DNA from: an uncultured Gemmatimonadales bacterium
Lineage (GTDB): Bacteria; Gemmatimonadota; Gemmatimonadetes; Longimicrobiales; RSA9
Assembly (NCBI GenBank): GCA_963798845.1
Contig: CAWCUS010000003.1
Span: 32,001-96,000 of the forward strand
DNA: 64,000 bases
Reading direction: 5' to 3'
Positions 10,013-20,100 of the stretch are shown here, in pieces (the stretch's first letter is position 1; each line of letters begins with the position of its first letter). The translations under genes and the position numbers were made by a program. The notes beneath the pieces were generated by a model. The model was not told where the DNA came from, made no database searches, and saw nothing but the letters and a program-made list of their open reading frames with translations.

Positions 10013-11071
10013 TCAGTCCAGCGTGGCGACCTCAATGTTCCGGATCTGCTCGCCGTGGTGGCGGCGGTAGAACACCTTGCGCTCCACGGCCTCGATCACG
10101 GCCGGGCCGAAGTCCACGCCTTCCAGCTCGCGCGCACTGTGCAGCCCGCCCGCGCTGATGGCGTTGATCTCCACCAGCCGATCCCCGACCACGTCCAGGC
10201 CGGCGAAGAAGATGCCGTCCTTCACCAGCCTGGGCCCCACGATGCGGGCGACCCGAAGCATGCGCTCGTCCACTTTCGCCCGCTCCGCGCTCCCGCCCGC
10301 GCTCATGTTGCTGCGGAAGTCCCCGGGTGCTGCCCGCCGCCGGATGGCTGCGCACCGGCCGTCGACGCAAAGTGGGCTGCCGTTCACCAGGAACAGGCGC
10401 GTGTCGCCCTCGGCCGCCGCCGGGAGGTACTCCTGCGCGATCACATAGCTGCCGCGGGAGAGCGACTCGATGATCTGCCGGAGGTTCTCGGCGTCCCGGT
10501 CCACCAGGAACACGTCCGTCCCCCCGTGGCCGAGGAGGGGCTTCAGCACCACGCGTCCGCCCACCCGCTCCTGGAACTCCACCACACGCTCGTAGCTGCG
10601 CGTGATGATCGCCGCGGGACGCACCGCCGCGGGGAACTGCTGCAGGTACATCTTGCTGATTGCCGCGGGGAGGCTGTGCGGGTGGTTCAGGACGATCACG
10701 CCACGCTCCACCGCCACCTGCCCGAACAGGATCCCCGCGTTCTGCGCCCAGGCGTCCTCCCCCACTTCTTCGGTGGGGTTGTAGCGCAGCCAGATCACGT
10801 CCAGGTTCCGCGTGGTCACGGTCTCGCGCGGGGCAGCGGGGCCGCGCACGGCCTCCAGCAGCGCCGCTTCCGATTCGGGCGCCACGCTCCCGGCCCCGCC
10901 CGGGCACAGGCGGGCCCGCGCGCCCACCTGCCCGTCGGCGAAGTACTCCAGCTCCCGCACCCCGGCCAGAAAGACATCGTGGCCGCGCCGGCACGCGGCG
11001 AGAGCCAGGAGCGTGGTGGTGGCCACCTCCAGCTCGGTGTCCGGGTCGTTCACCACCAGCAGCAGCCGCAT
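10013..11071 (-). CDS. Glutathione synthetase-like ATP-grasp ligase
   Basis: DVIWLRYNP, KMYLQQFP, VLKPLLGHGG, QEYLP..EGDTR, DFRSN and GLDVVGDRLVEIN. ATG overlaps the upstream TGA. Confidence 0.85.
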   Translation of the reverse strand: MRLLLVVNDPDTELEVATTTLLALAACRRGHDVFLAGVRELEYFADGQVGARARLCPGGAGSVAPESEAALLEAVRGPAAPRETVTTRNLDVIWLRYNPTEEVGEDAWAQNAGILFGQVAVERGVIVLNHPHSLPAAISKMYLQQFPAAVRPAAIITRSYERVVEFQERVGGRVVLKPLLGHGGTDVFLVDRDAENLRQIIESLSRGSYVIAQEYLPAAAEGDTRLFLVNGSPLCVDGRCAAIRRRAAPGDFRSNMSAGGSAERAKVDERMLRVARIVGPRLVKDGIFFAGLDVVGDRLVEINAISAGGLHSARELEGVDFGPAVIEAVERKVFYRRHHGEQIRNIEVATLD

Positions 11072-12921
11072 CAGCGCCCGTCCCCGCCAGACCCGGCCAT
11101 GGCGTGCATCGGGATCCCGGCGCGGAGCGCGTCCAGCCGCTCGCGCACGGACGGCCGCTCCAGGAAGCGGGGAAGCAGCGGCACGGCGTGCAGGACCCCC
11201 CGCTCCCGCAGCTCCTGGAGGATTTCCAGGTGGGCCGGGGCGATCTTCCCCACGTACAGCGGCTCCAGCTCGCCGCCAGCTCGCAGGTGCGCCACCACTT
11301 CGCTGAACCCGCGCAGGTAGATCATGTCGCGGGTGAACCCGCCGGCGGTGTGCACCCGGGCGATCAGGTCGAACGCGCTTCGGGGCGGAAAGCCGTGGTC
11401 GCGGTGGAGCGACCGGAACCCGTCCACGAAACCGGCGCCATCCAGCAGCTCGCTCACCGCGACCACTCGCCCGGCCAGGTGGCGCAGGCGAGCCGGAGTG
11501 AGCCCGCCCACCAGGTACTCGGCCAGAACGCCCAGCCCCTCCTGAAAGCCGTCGTACCCCGCCAACCCCTGCCTGAGCTGCTGGAATGGCTGCGCTGCGC
11601 CGTTCACGTACGTGAGCACGTGCGTCCCGACCTCGTGCTGGAGCAGCGCGTCGACGCGGGCCGGGGCCAGCGCCAGGGCGCGGCCGACCAGCAGCTTGCC
11701 CGACGACACCATCAGCCCCGAGACGTCCGGGCGCACCTGGGCTTCCGAGCGGAATTCGGGATACGCGCGACGGTACGCCGCGAACTCCTGCCTCGCCACC
11801 GCCGCGAATTCTTCCGCGCCCACGGCGCCTTCGGACGAAGAGGGCGAAGAGGGCGGAACGCGCTCGAGGATTTCCGTCGCCTGCTGGCGCAGCGCCGCGT
11901 CCGGGTGGCCGAACAGCCGGATGCTCGAGTGGAGGAACGCCGGCGTGTTCCGGTCGTCCACCAGCGACACCTCCCGGTCCAGCTCGTCCCGTTTCTCGCG
12001 CAGCAGCCGCCATACCGCCGGATCCTCCACTTCCTCGACGCGCAGCTCGTACAGGCGCCGCTTCACGAGGTCGGGGTCCAGCGGCAGGAGCCGGTAGTGG
12101 AACTCCGGCGCCCGCTCGAAAGCGTCGTGGCGGAAGCGGTGCCACGCCTCCTCCGGGTTCACGGGCGCGACCAGGAGAAGCGAGTCGAAGGACGCGCTGA
12201 TGTGCGCGAGCGAGCGGTCCACCTCCCACACCGCGGGCCCCAGGCGGCGGCGCCCGAGCGCACGATAGCTCGACAGCTGCGCGCCCGTCTGAACGCGCAC
12301 GAACTCGAACACGGCACGGCGAAGCACGCGCGAGAGGCCGTGGGCCAGCCGGCGGAGAAAGACGGGATAGAGTGCGCCGGTGTCCGGGTCACGGTAGAGC
12401 GGCGGGACGGCGACGCCCACGAGGAGCGCCCCGGCGGCGTGCGACTCGTGGACGGTGAGCAGCGGAGGCAGGCCGGGAGGATGGCGTTCGTCCGTGGCCT
12501 CCACCTCCACGGGCTCGCGACGCCGCCCCACGTCCAGCTCCTCCAGCCCGACGGCCATCGTCCGTACCGTGGCCGGGGCAGGGCCGTCCGGTCCGAGGAC
12601 GCGGAAGCGCGCCGCGCCCTCCCACAGCTCCACCACCAGGAACGAGCCGTGAGCGGCCACGCCGGCGTCCACCACTTCGTGCACCAGTGCGCGCACGGCC
12701 GAGGGCTCCGCGGCGGCATCGGCCACCAGCCACGACGCTTCGCCGGCCACGAGCTGCGCCACCGGGTCGGCTTCGCGACGCTGCCGCACCACCAGGAGGA
12801 ACGGCCGCGACCCGTCCAGCACCAGCCGCCCGGCCGGCGTGCGCCGGTCCAGGGACTCCCCACCCTCGAACACGGCGCGCAACCCGCGCTCGCGCTGGCG
12901 GGGGGATCGCAAACGGGACAA
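11071..12921 (-). CDS. QEGLA-motif / DUF1704 (MATCAP-like tyrosine/phenylalanine carboxypeptidase) metallopeptidase
   Basis: LLQHEVGTH (HExxxH), FQEGLGVLAEY and GGFTRDMIYLRG. Start is uncertain (TTG at 12921 or 12882). Confidence 0.82.
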   Translation of the reverse strand: MSRLRSPRQRERGLRAVFEGGESLDRRTPAGRLVLDGSRPFLLVVRQRREADPVAQLVAGEASWLVADAAAEPSAVRALVHEVVDAGVAAHGSFLVVELWEGAARFRVLGPDGPAPATVRTMAVGLEELDVGRRREPVEVEATDERHPPGLPPLLTVHESHAAGALLVGVAVPPLYRDPDTGALYPVFLRRLAHGLSRVLRRAVFEFVRVQTGAQLSSYRALGRRRLGPAVWEVDRSLAHISASFDSLLLVAPVNPEEAWHRFRHDAFERAPEFHYRLLPLDPDLVKRRLYELRVEEVEDPAVWRLLREKRDELDREVSLVDDRNTPAFLHSSIRLFGHPDAALRQQATEILERVPPSSPSSSEGAVGAEEFAAVARQEFAAYRRAYPEFRSEAQVRPDVSGLMVSSGKLLVGRALALAPARVDALLQHEVGTHVLTYVNGAAQPFQQLRQGLAGYDGFQEGLGVLAEYLVGGLTPARLRHLAGRVVAVSELLDGAGFVDGFRSLHRDHGFPPRSAFDLIARVHTAGGFTRDMIYLRGFSEVVAHLRAGGELEPLYVGKIAPAHLEILQELRERGVLHAVPLLPRFLERPSVRERLDALRAGIPMHAMAGSGGDGR

Positions 12922-13149
12922 CGGCTCGCGGGCAGTCAGGAGCAGCCTCTGGTCTGGTGGCGCTGCGGCCCGGCAGGCGCGCCGCGTGGCCGCATCGTTT
13001 GGCCGCTCGCGGGGTGCAAGGCAGGTGCCAGCTGCGGCCGCGTGTTTGCCCGATGGGGCCCGGCCGCAGACATTGTCGCCAACCCACCCGCCAAGGAGGG
13101 CACCGTTCATCACCACGTCGACAGGACCCGCAGGGGCTCCGGCATCCTG

Positions 13150-14607
13150 GTGGAGATCCCGCCCCGACCCAGGCTGAGCGACTACGAGGGCGTCGCGCAC
13201 CTTTCCCCGGCCGTGGCGGAGCTGCGCGAGCGGGCGGCGGGCACCGCCCAGCGGTTCGGCGACCGCACGCTCTGGATGATCAACTCCACCGCTCAGGGCG
13301 GCGGCGTGGCAGAGATGCTCCCCACCATGGTGACGCTGCTGGAGGAGCTCGGAATCCGCACGCGCTGGTTCGTCATCGAGGCGCACGATCCCGAGTTCTT
13401 CCGGCTCACGAAGCGGCTCCACAACCTGATCCACGGCACGGGCGATCCGGACCTCGGGAGCGCCGCCCGCCAGGTGTACGAGGCCGTGAACGCCGAGAAC
13501 GCCCGCACGCTGGCCCCGCTGGTGCGCGATGGCGACGTGGTGGTGGTGCACGACCCCCAGCCGATGCCGCTGGCCGGGCTCGTCTCCCGGGACCTGGACG
13601 TGAAGACCGTCTGGCGCTGCCACATCGGGCTCGACCAACGGAACGCGGCCACCGACGCCGCGTGGTCCTTCCTCGAGCCGTACGCGGGCGACTACGACGC
13701 CGCGGTCTTCTCCGCCTCCGAGTACGTCCCGCCGTACCTGAAGGACCGGTCGAGCATCATCTATCCCGCCATCGATCCGCTGTCGCAGAAGAACCGGGAC
13801 CTGAACCTGCACACGGTGGTGGGCATCCTTGCCAACGCGGCGCTCACCGTGCCGCCGGGACCGGTGGTGCAGCCGCCGTTCCCCGACACCGCACGGCGCC
13901 TTCAGTCCGACGGACGATGGGCGCCGGCCATCCTCCCCGAGGACATCGGTCTTCTCATCCGCCCGATCGTCACCCAGATCTCCCGCTGGGACCGGCTGAA
14001 GGGCTGGCTCCCACTTCTGCGCGGGTTCGCCGCGCTCAAGGAGCGGATCTACACGAAACGCAACGAGCGCCCTCCCGAGCAGCGGCGCCGGCTGCGCCAC
14101 GTCCGCCTCGTCATGGCCGGGCCCGACCCCGCCTCCATCCAGGACGACCCGGAAGGGCTGGAAGTGATCGAGGAGCTGCGCGCCGCCTACGTCGCCCTGG
14201 ACGACGAGCTGAAGAGCAATGTCGCCATGATCGCGCTCCCGATGCAGAATCCGGATCATAACGCGCTCATGGTCAACGCCATCCAGCGCGCGTCCACGGT
14301 CGTGGTGCAGAACTCGCTCCGGGAAGGGTTCGGTCTCACCGTGACCGAGGCGATGTGGAAGCGCGTCCCCGTCCTCAGCAACAGTCGCGCGGTGGGCCCG
14401 CGACAGCAGATCCGGCACGGCAAGGACGGCTGGCTCATCGACGACCCCGAGGACCCCATCCAGATCGCCGACGCCCTCGACGCGCTCCTCAACGACCGCC
14501 TGCGCCGCGCAGCCCTGGGCCGCACCGCCCAGCGGCGCGCCCATGACGACTTCATGGTCTTCAGTCAGCTCCGCCGCTGGCTCGATCTGCTGGAGACGTT
14601 GACCTAG
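13150..14607 (+). CDS. GT4 glycosyltransferase, trehalose synthase TreT-like
   Basis: INSTAQGGGVAEM, VHDPQP, WRCHI, QISRWDRLKG and QNSLREGFGLTVTEAMWK. Start estimated at GTG 13150. Confidence 0.85.
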   Translation: MEIPPRPRLSDYEGVAHLSPAVAELRERAAGTAQRFGDRTLWMINSTAQGGGVAEMLPTMVTLLEELGIRTRWFVIEAHDPEFFRLTKRLHNLIHGTGDPDLGSAARQVYEAVNAENARTLAPLVRDGDVVVVHDPQPMPLAGLVSRDLDVKTVWRCHIGLDQRNAATDAAWSFLEPYAGDYDAAVFSASEYVPPYLKDRSSIIYPAIDPLSQKNRDLNLHTVVGILANAALTVPPGPVVQPPFPDTARRLQSDGRWAPAILPEDIGLLIRPIVTQISRWDRLKGWLPLLRGFAALKERIYTKRNERPPEQRRRLRHVRLVMAGPDPASIQDDPEGLEVIEELRAAYVALDDELKSNVAMIALPMQNPDHNALMVNAIQRASTVVVQNSLREGFGLTVTEAMWKRVPVLSNSRAVGPRQQIRHGKDGWLIDDPEDPIQIADALDALLNDRLRRAALGRTAQRRAHDDFMVFSQLRRWLDLLETLT

Positions 14608-14703
14608 CCTGGGACGGCGAGAACCGCGGCTCCCACGGTTGCCGCCGCGGCCCTGCGCGACGACATTGGCCTCGCCCCTCCATTCCCCCGAGCACGCACG
14701 CCC

Positions 14704-17016
14704 ATGAACCGACGCACTGCCGCTCGCCTGCTGACCATCGGCGCGATCACTTCCGCCGCCGCATGCGCATCCACCGGAGCCCGGCCGGTCCCCCCCACCG
14801 ACGATCCCGACCTGGCCACGGCCTACCGGGTCCTGTCCACGACGCCGCTCGTCGACGGCCACAACGACCTGCCGTGGGTCATCCGCGAGCGGACCGGCGA
14901 GACGGGCGACCTGTCGGCGTACGACCTCCGCTCGGCGACCTCCGGCCAGACGGACATCCCTCGCCTCCGGCAGGGAATGGTGGGCGGGCAGTTCTGGTCG
15001 GTTTACGTGCCGGCCAGCGCCCAGGAAGACGGCACGGCGGCGAAGCAGCAGCTGGAGCAGATCGACATCGCCCGCCGGATGATCGAGCGCTACCCCGACG
15101 CGTTCGAGCTGGCGCTCACCCCCGCCGACGTGACCCGCATCTTCGACGAAGGGAAGGTCGCGTCGATCATCGGGATGGAGGGCGGTCACGCCCTTCAGAA
15201 CTCGCTCGGTGCGCTCCGTGCCTACTACCGCCTCGGCGCCCGCTACATGACGCTCACCCACTCCGAGAACATCGACTGGGCGGACTCGTGCTGTGAGGCG
15301 CCCGAGCACGGCGGCCTCACGCCGTTCGGGGAGGCCGTGGTGCGCGAGATGAACCGGCTGGGGATGCTCGTGGACCTGGCTCACGTCTCTCCCGAGACCA
15401 TGAACGACGTCCTCGACGTCACCGCCGCGCCCGTCATCTTCTCCCATTCCTCCGCCCGCGCCCTCACCGACCACGAGCGGAACGTGCCGGACGCGGTGCT
15501 CCGGCGGGTGACCGAGAACGGCGGCGTCGTCATGGTCACGTTCGTCACCATCTTCGACAACGAGGCGCTGCGGCAGTGGGCCGAGCTGCCGTCGGCGGAG
15601 CGCACCGGGCCGGCACCGGTGGCGACGCTCGGCGATGTCGCGGACCACATCGAGCACGTGCGCGACGTCGCGGGGATCGACCACGTCGGCATCGGCAGCG
15701 ACTTCGACGGCACCAGCACGCCAGAAGGGCTGGAGGACGTGTCGAAGTTCCCTGCCCTGTTCGCCGAGCTATCCCGCCGCGGGTGGAGCGAGGAAGACCT
15801 CCGCAAGCTGGCCGGGCAGAACGTCCTGCGAGCCTGGCACCAGGCGGAGAGAGTCGCGGCCAGGCTGCAGTCGGCGGAGCCGCCTATCACGGCCACCATC
15901 GCGCAGCTCGACGGCGTCGTTCCCGAGGGGAGCGGGGCTTTCGTCACCCGCCTCGGCGACGACACGCTCGCCGTCGAGCGCTTCCGCTACGGCGCCACCA
16001 GCTTCGACGCCGACGTGGCGCTGCGCGTCCCGCGCACCGTCCTGACCCGCTATCGTGCCGAGCTGGACCGGCTGGGCCGCGTGCGCAGGCTCACGGCCAC
16101 GACGTACGACCCCGCAGGGGAGGGCGGGGGTCCGCCACTCGGCCGGACGACGTACGAGTTCCGCGGCGACTCCGTTCGGGTCGACATCCGCGACCATGAG
16201 GAGGCGCGGCAGATCACGGTCGCCGCGGGGCGCGACGCGCTCCCGTTCATCGACATGGTGCACTGGCCGTTCGAGCTCGCCTTCCTGCGCCACCAGCCGG
16301 TGGTCGGCGGCGAGGAGATGGAGGTCCCCATGATCATGGGGACCCGGGTCGGAAGCTTCGGATTCAGCGCTCCAGCGACCGGGCACGCCGTCATCCGCCA
16401 CCCGTACCGCGGCACCATGGACGTGCGCGTGGACAGCCTCGGGCAGATCACGGAGCTGGACGCCAGCGGAAGCACCCGGAAGCTGACCGTTCGACGCGCC
16501 GACACCGCCGCCGTCGACGTCGCCGGGCTCGCCCGCGATTTCGCCGCCCGCGACGCTGCGGGCCACGGCATCGGGGCGCTGTCCGGGCGTGCCACCGCCG
16601 AGGGGGAAGTCGGCGGCGCGAGCATCACGGTCGACTACGGCGTGCCCCACAGCCGCGGCCGCGACATCTTCGGCGCGCTCGTCCCGTTCGGAGAGGTGTG
16701 GCGCACCGGCGCCAACCGGGCGACGCACTTCGCCGTGGACCGCGACCTGGTGATCGGGGACCGGCGGTTGCCCGCCGGCACATACACGCTGTTCACGATC
16801 CCCGGCCCGGACGCGTGGACGCTGATCGTGAACCGCCAGACGGACATCGCCGGCACCGCCTACGACGCCAGCGCCGACTTCGCCCGCATCCCCATGCAGG
16901 TTCGGACGCTCGGCGCCCCGGTCGAGGACCTAACGATCACGGTGGATCCCGCGGGCTTCCTCCGCATCGCGTGGGGCCGCACGGAGGCGAGCGTCAGGGT
17001 GCGGCGGGCGCCCTAG
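14704..17016 (+). CDS. Lipoprotein: M19 membrane dipeptidase fused to a C-terminal DUF2911-containing module
   Basis: Lipobox AAAC. M19 motifs DGHNDLP, MEGGH, DLAH, FSHS and GIGSDFDG. C-terminal DYGVPHSRGRDIFGALVPFGEVWRTGAN is DUF2911-like. Confidence 0.82.
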   Translation: MNRRTAARLLTIGAITSAAACASTGARPVPPTDDPDLATAYRVLSTTPLVDGHNDLPWVIRERTGETGDLSAYDLRSATSGQTDIPRLRQGMVGGQFWSVYVPASAQEDGTAAKQQLEQIDIARRMIERYPDAFELALTPADVTRIFDEGKVASIIGMEGGHALQNSLGALRAYYRLGARYMTLTHSENIDWADSCCEAPEHGGLTPFGEAVVREMNRLGMLVDLAHVSPETMNDVLDVTAAPVIFSHSSARALTDHERNVPDAVLRRVTENGGVVMVTFVTIFDNEALRQWAELPSAERTGPAPVATLGDVADHIEHVRDVAGIDHVGIGSDFDGTSTPEGLEDVSKFPALFAELSRRGWSEEDLRKLAGQNVLRAWHQAERVAARLQSAEPPITATIAQLDGVVPEGSGAFVTRLGDDTLAVERFRYGATSFDADVALRVPRTVLTRYRAELDRLGRVRRLTATTYDPAGEGGGPPLGRTTYEFRGDSVRVDIRDHEEARQITVAAGRDALPFIDMVHWPFELAFLRHQPVVGGEEMEVPMIMGTRVGSFGFSAPATGHAVIRHPYRGTMDVRVDSLGQITELDASGSTRKLTVRRADTAAVDVAGLARDFAARDAAGHGIGALSGRATAEGEVGGASITVDYGVPHSRGRDIFGALVPFGEVWRTGANRATHFAVDRDLVIGDRRLPAGTYTLFTIPGPDAWTLIVNRQTDIAGTAYDASADFARIPMQVRTLGAPVEDLTITVDPAGFLRIAWGRTEASVRVRRAP

Positions 17017-17188
17017 TCTCCCGGACGGGAGCGCGCCGCCGTCCACCTCGACGACTTCGCGGGCCTGGGCCCCGACCCGCGACGACGGCGGGCCCCGACG
17101 GGTGATTCCCGTGGGGGCCCGCCGTCCTGCCGATCGACCCGGACCGGCCGACCGTGCGGCCGCGCCGGTCTCGGGCGCCCGGCGCTCG

Positions 17189-20100
17189 CTATGGCTCCAG
17201 CCACTCCTCGTCCAGCAGCTCGGAGCCGCCGGCCGCGGGATCGAACCCGGCCGCGCGCACCACCGTGATCGGGCGCGTGACCGTCTCGTCGCCCGCGGGC
17301 AGCGCCACCGTGTAGCGACCGTCCGCGACCAGCCCTGGACCGCCGCCCGAGCCGCCACGGAAGCTCATGCGCACCCCGCGCTCCCGCATGGCCGAGAAGA
17401 TCTGGCGCATGGCACCGCGGATGTCGTCCTGCGACGGCTCCGGCGTCTGCTCGGCCGAAGGCTTTGCACCCTCCGCCGGCGGGGACTCCACCTCGCCGGA
17501 GGGCTTTGCGGCCTGCGCCGCCCGCGCCCCGGCGCCCGCTGCGGGCGGCCCGGACTCGGCCTTCGGCTCCGGGTACCGTTCGCCCGGACGGTCAGTGGTC
17601 CCGCCACCAGCGCCGCGGCCGCCCCACATCCGGGAACGGTCGCCACTCCGCAGCATGGCGATGGCCCGGTCCGCGGCCGCGCGCGCCAGGCCCTCGTGCG
17701 CCACCAGCGAGTCGGCCACTTCCACCATTGCGGCGTCGGCCCGGATACTGTCCCGGACTTCGGAAGGCGACTTCGGCTCCTGCCCTTCCGACCGCTTCTG
17801 CAGGTTCCAGGTCACCCGGTGCAGCCCGGGCGACGCCGGCCCCTCCAGCGTAGCCACGGTATCACCGGCGGCGCCCAGCACCGCCAGCTTCAGGCGTGCG
17901 CCGCGCTCCGGCCGCTGTGAGCCCGGCCTGCCGGGCCCACCGAACGGGAGGTCGGTGTCCCCGGCCGTCTTCACGGTGGCGCCCGCCGCTCCAGTCCCGA
18001 CATCAGGGCGCGGCCCGCCGAGCGGAGCATCGGTGTCCCCGGCCACACGCGTCGCGGGCGGGGTCCAGCCTTCGGGCACGTAGTACGCGATCTCGGCGCC
18101 GAAGGGCGCGGACTCTCCTTCGAAGTAGCGGTGGCCCGTGGATTCGCCGCCGGACGGTGCGTCGCCGAACTCGAGCCCGGGGGCGGGAGCGAAGAGGACG
18201 GGCGAATCCGCCAGCCGCACAGTCGACAGCTGCTGGAGCGGCGCGATGTCCACGATCCAAATGGAGCGTCCGTGCGTGGCCGCGATCAGCTCGTGGTCGC
18301 GCGGATGGATCTCCAGATCGTGAACGGGAACGGTGGGCAGCCCTTCCATGAACCGGCGCCACGTGGCGCCGCGGTCGGTGGACACGTACGCCCCCACGTC
18401 CGTGCCTACGAACAGCAGGTCGGGGTTCACCAGGTCTTCCCGCACCACGTGCACGAAGTCCGGCCCGCCGGCAGGCAGCCCGGCGGCGAGCGTCCGGAAG
18501 CTGCCTCCGCCATCGTTGGTGACGAAGACGTACGGAGCGAAGTGGTCGCTGCGATGACCGTCGAATGTCACGTAGAAGCGCTGCGGGTCGAAGTGCGACG
18601 GCTCGATCCGGCTGACCCACGTGTGCTCCGGCACGCCCTTGAACAGCTTCGGCCGGATCTGCTGCCACTCCGCACCCGGCCGCCGCATCCAGACGTTCCC
18701 ATCATCCGTGCCGGCGAAGAGCAGCCCCTCCACCAGCGGCGACTCGGCGAGCGCCACGATGGTCGCGTGCGTCTCCGCACCCGTCACATCCTTCGTGATC
18801 CCGCCCGTGGTCTTGGTGCTGACCTCGATCTTCTCCGGGTCCCGCGTGGTCAGGTCCGGGGAGATCACCTTGAACGTGTCACCCCGGTCCGTCGACATCA
18901 GCACTCGGTTGCCCGCCGTGTAGATCGTGTGCGGCGCGTGCGGCGACAGCACGATCGGCGTGTTCCAGTTGTAGCGCAGGTCGTAGGTGGCGGAATCCTC
19001 AGCGGCCTGCTTCTTCCACGCTTCCACCTTCGCCTGCTCCGCCGCGGTCATCTCCCGCGGCTCCTTCACTCCCTCGTGGACGGCAATGGAGTCCAGGATT
19101 GGCCGCGCCCTGTCCTGCCACTCGGGCTTGCCCATCCTGGAGCGCTCGCCCGTGACCAGGTTCACCCGCGACATGCTCCCGCCCTGCGACTCGGCGTAGA
19201 CCGTTGCCGGGTCGGTCGGGTCCTGCTGGCTGTAGAAGCCGTCCCCACCACTCACCGTGTACCACATGTGGTGGTCGATCCCGCCCCTCGCCCGGCGGCT
19301 CGGGCCGCACCACGTGCCGTTGTCCTGCAGCCCGCCGCACACCCGGTACGGCACGCTCATGTCGTAGCTGACGTGGTAGAACTGTCCGATCGGAAGCGTG
19401 TTGACGAAGTCGTACGTGCCGCCACGGTCCCAGGTCACGGCGATCCCGCCATCGTTGCCGACGATGAAGTGGTCCGGGTTCGACGCGTCCCACCACATGG
19501 CGTGATGGTCCACGTGGATCCCAATGGTGGCCTCGCCGACCGTCTTCCCGCCGTCCTTCGAGAACTGGACGGGCGTGGACGACCAGAACACCAGGTCCGG
19601 GTCATCCGGCGCGACGCGCACCTGCGAGTAGTAGAACGGCCGCGTGTCCACCCCGTTCATCCATCGCCACGTGTGCCCGCCGTCGGCCGACCGGTAAAGG
19701 CCCGTCCCCTTGAGCCCCGACGACGCCGCGTCGTCGTCGCTCATTCCCTTCGTATCGTCCGCCTTCGCTTCCACCAGCGCGTACATCACGTCCGGGTCGC
19801 TCGCGGCCATGGCGATCCCAATGCGGCCCTTTTCCGTGCTGGGGAAGCCGCCGCCGGTCACCTCCGTCCAGCGCTCCCCGCCGTCCGTGGACTTCCACAG
19901 CCCGCTCCCCGGACCGCCGCTCTCCAGGAACCACGGGCCGCGTACCCGTTCCCAGCTGGACGCCCACAGCACGTCCGGGTCTCGCGGGTCGAGCGCCAGG
20001 TCCACGAAGCCGGCCCTGTCGCTGATGAACTTCACCCGCCGCCACGTCTTCCCCCCGTCCGTGGTCTTGTAGACGCCCCGCTCCTGATTGGCGCCCCAGA

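Noticed and set aside
10660..15684. Giant 1315-aa and 1537-aa overlapping ORFs as single proteins
   Set aside because: High-GC open-frame extensions. Only the C-terminal parts (TreT-like and QEGLA peptidase) are protein-like, and the rest is antisense to real genes.
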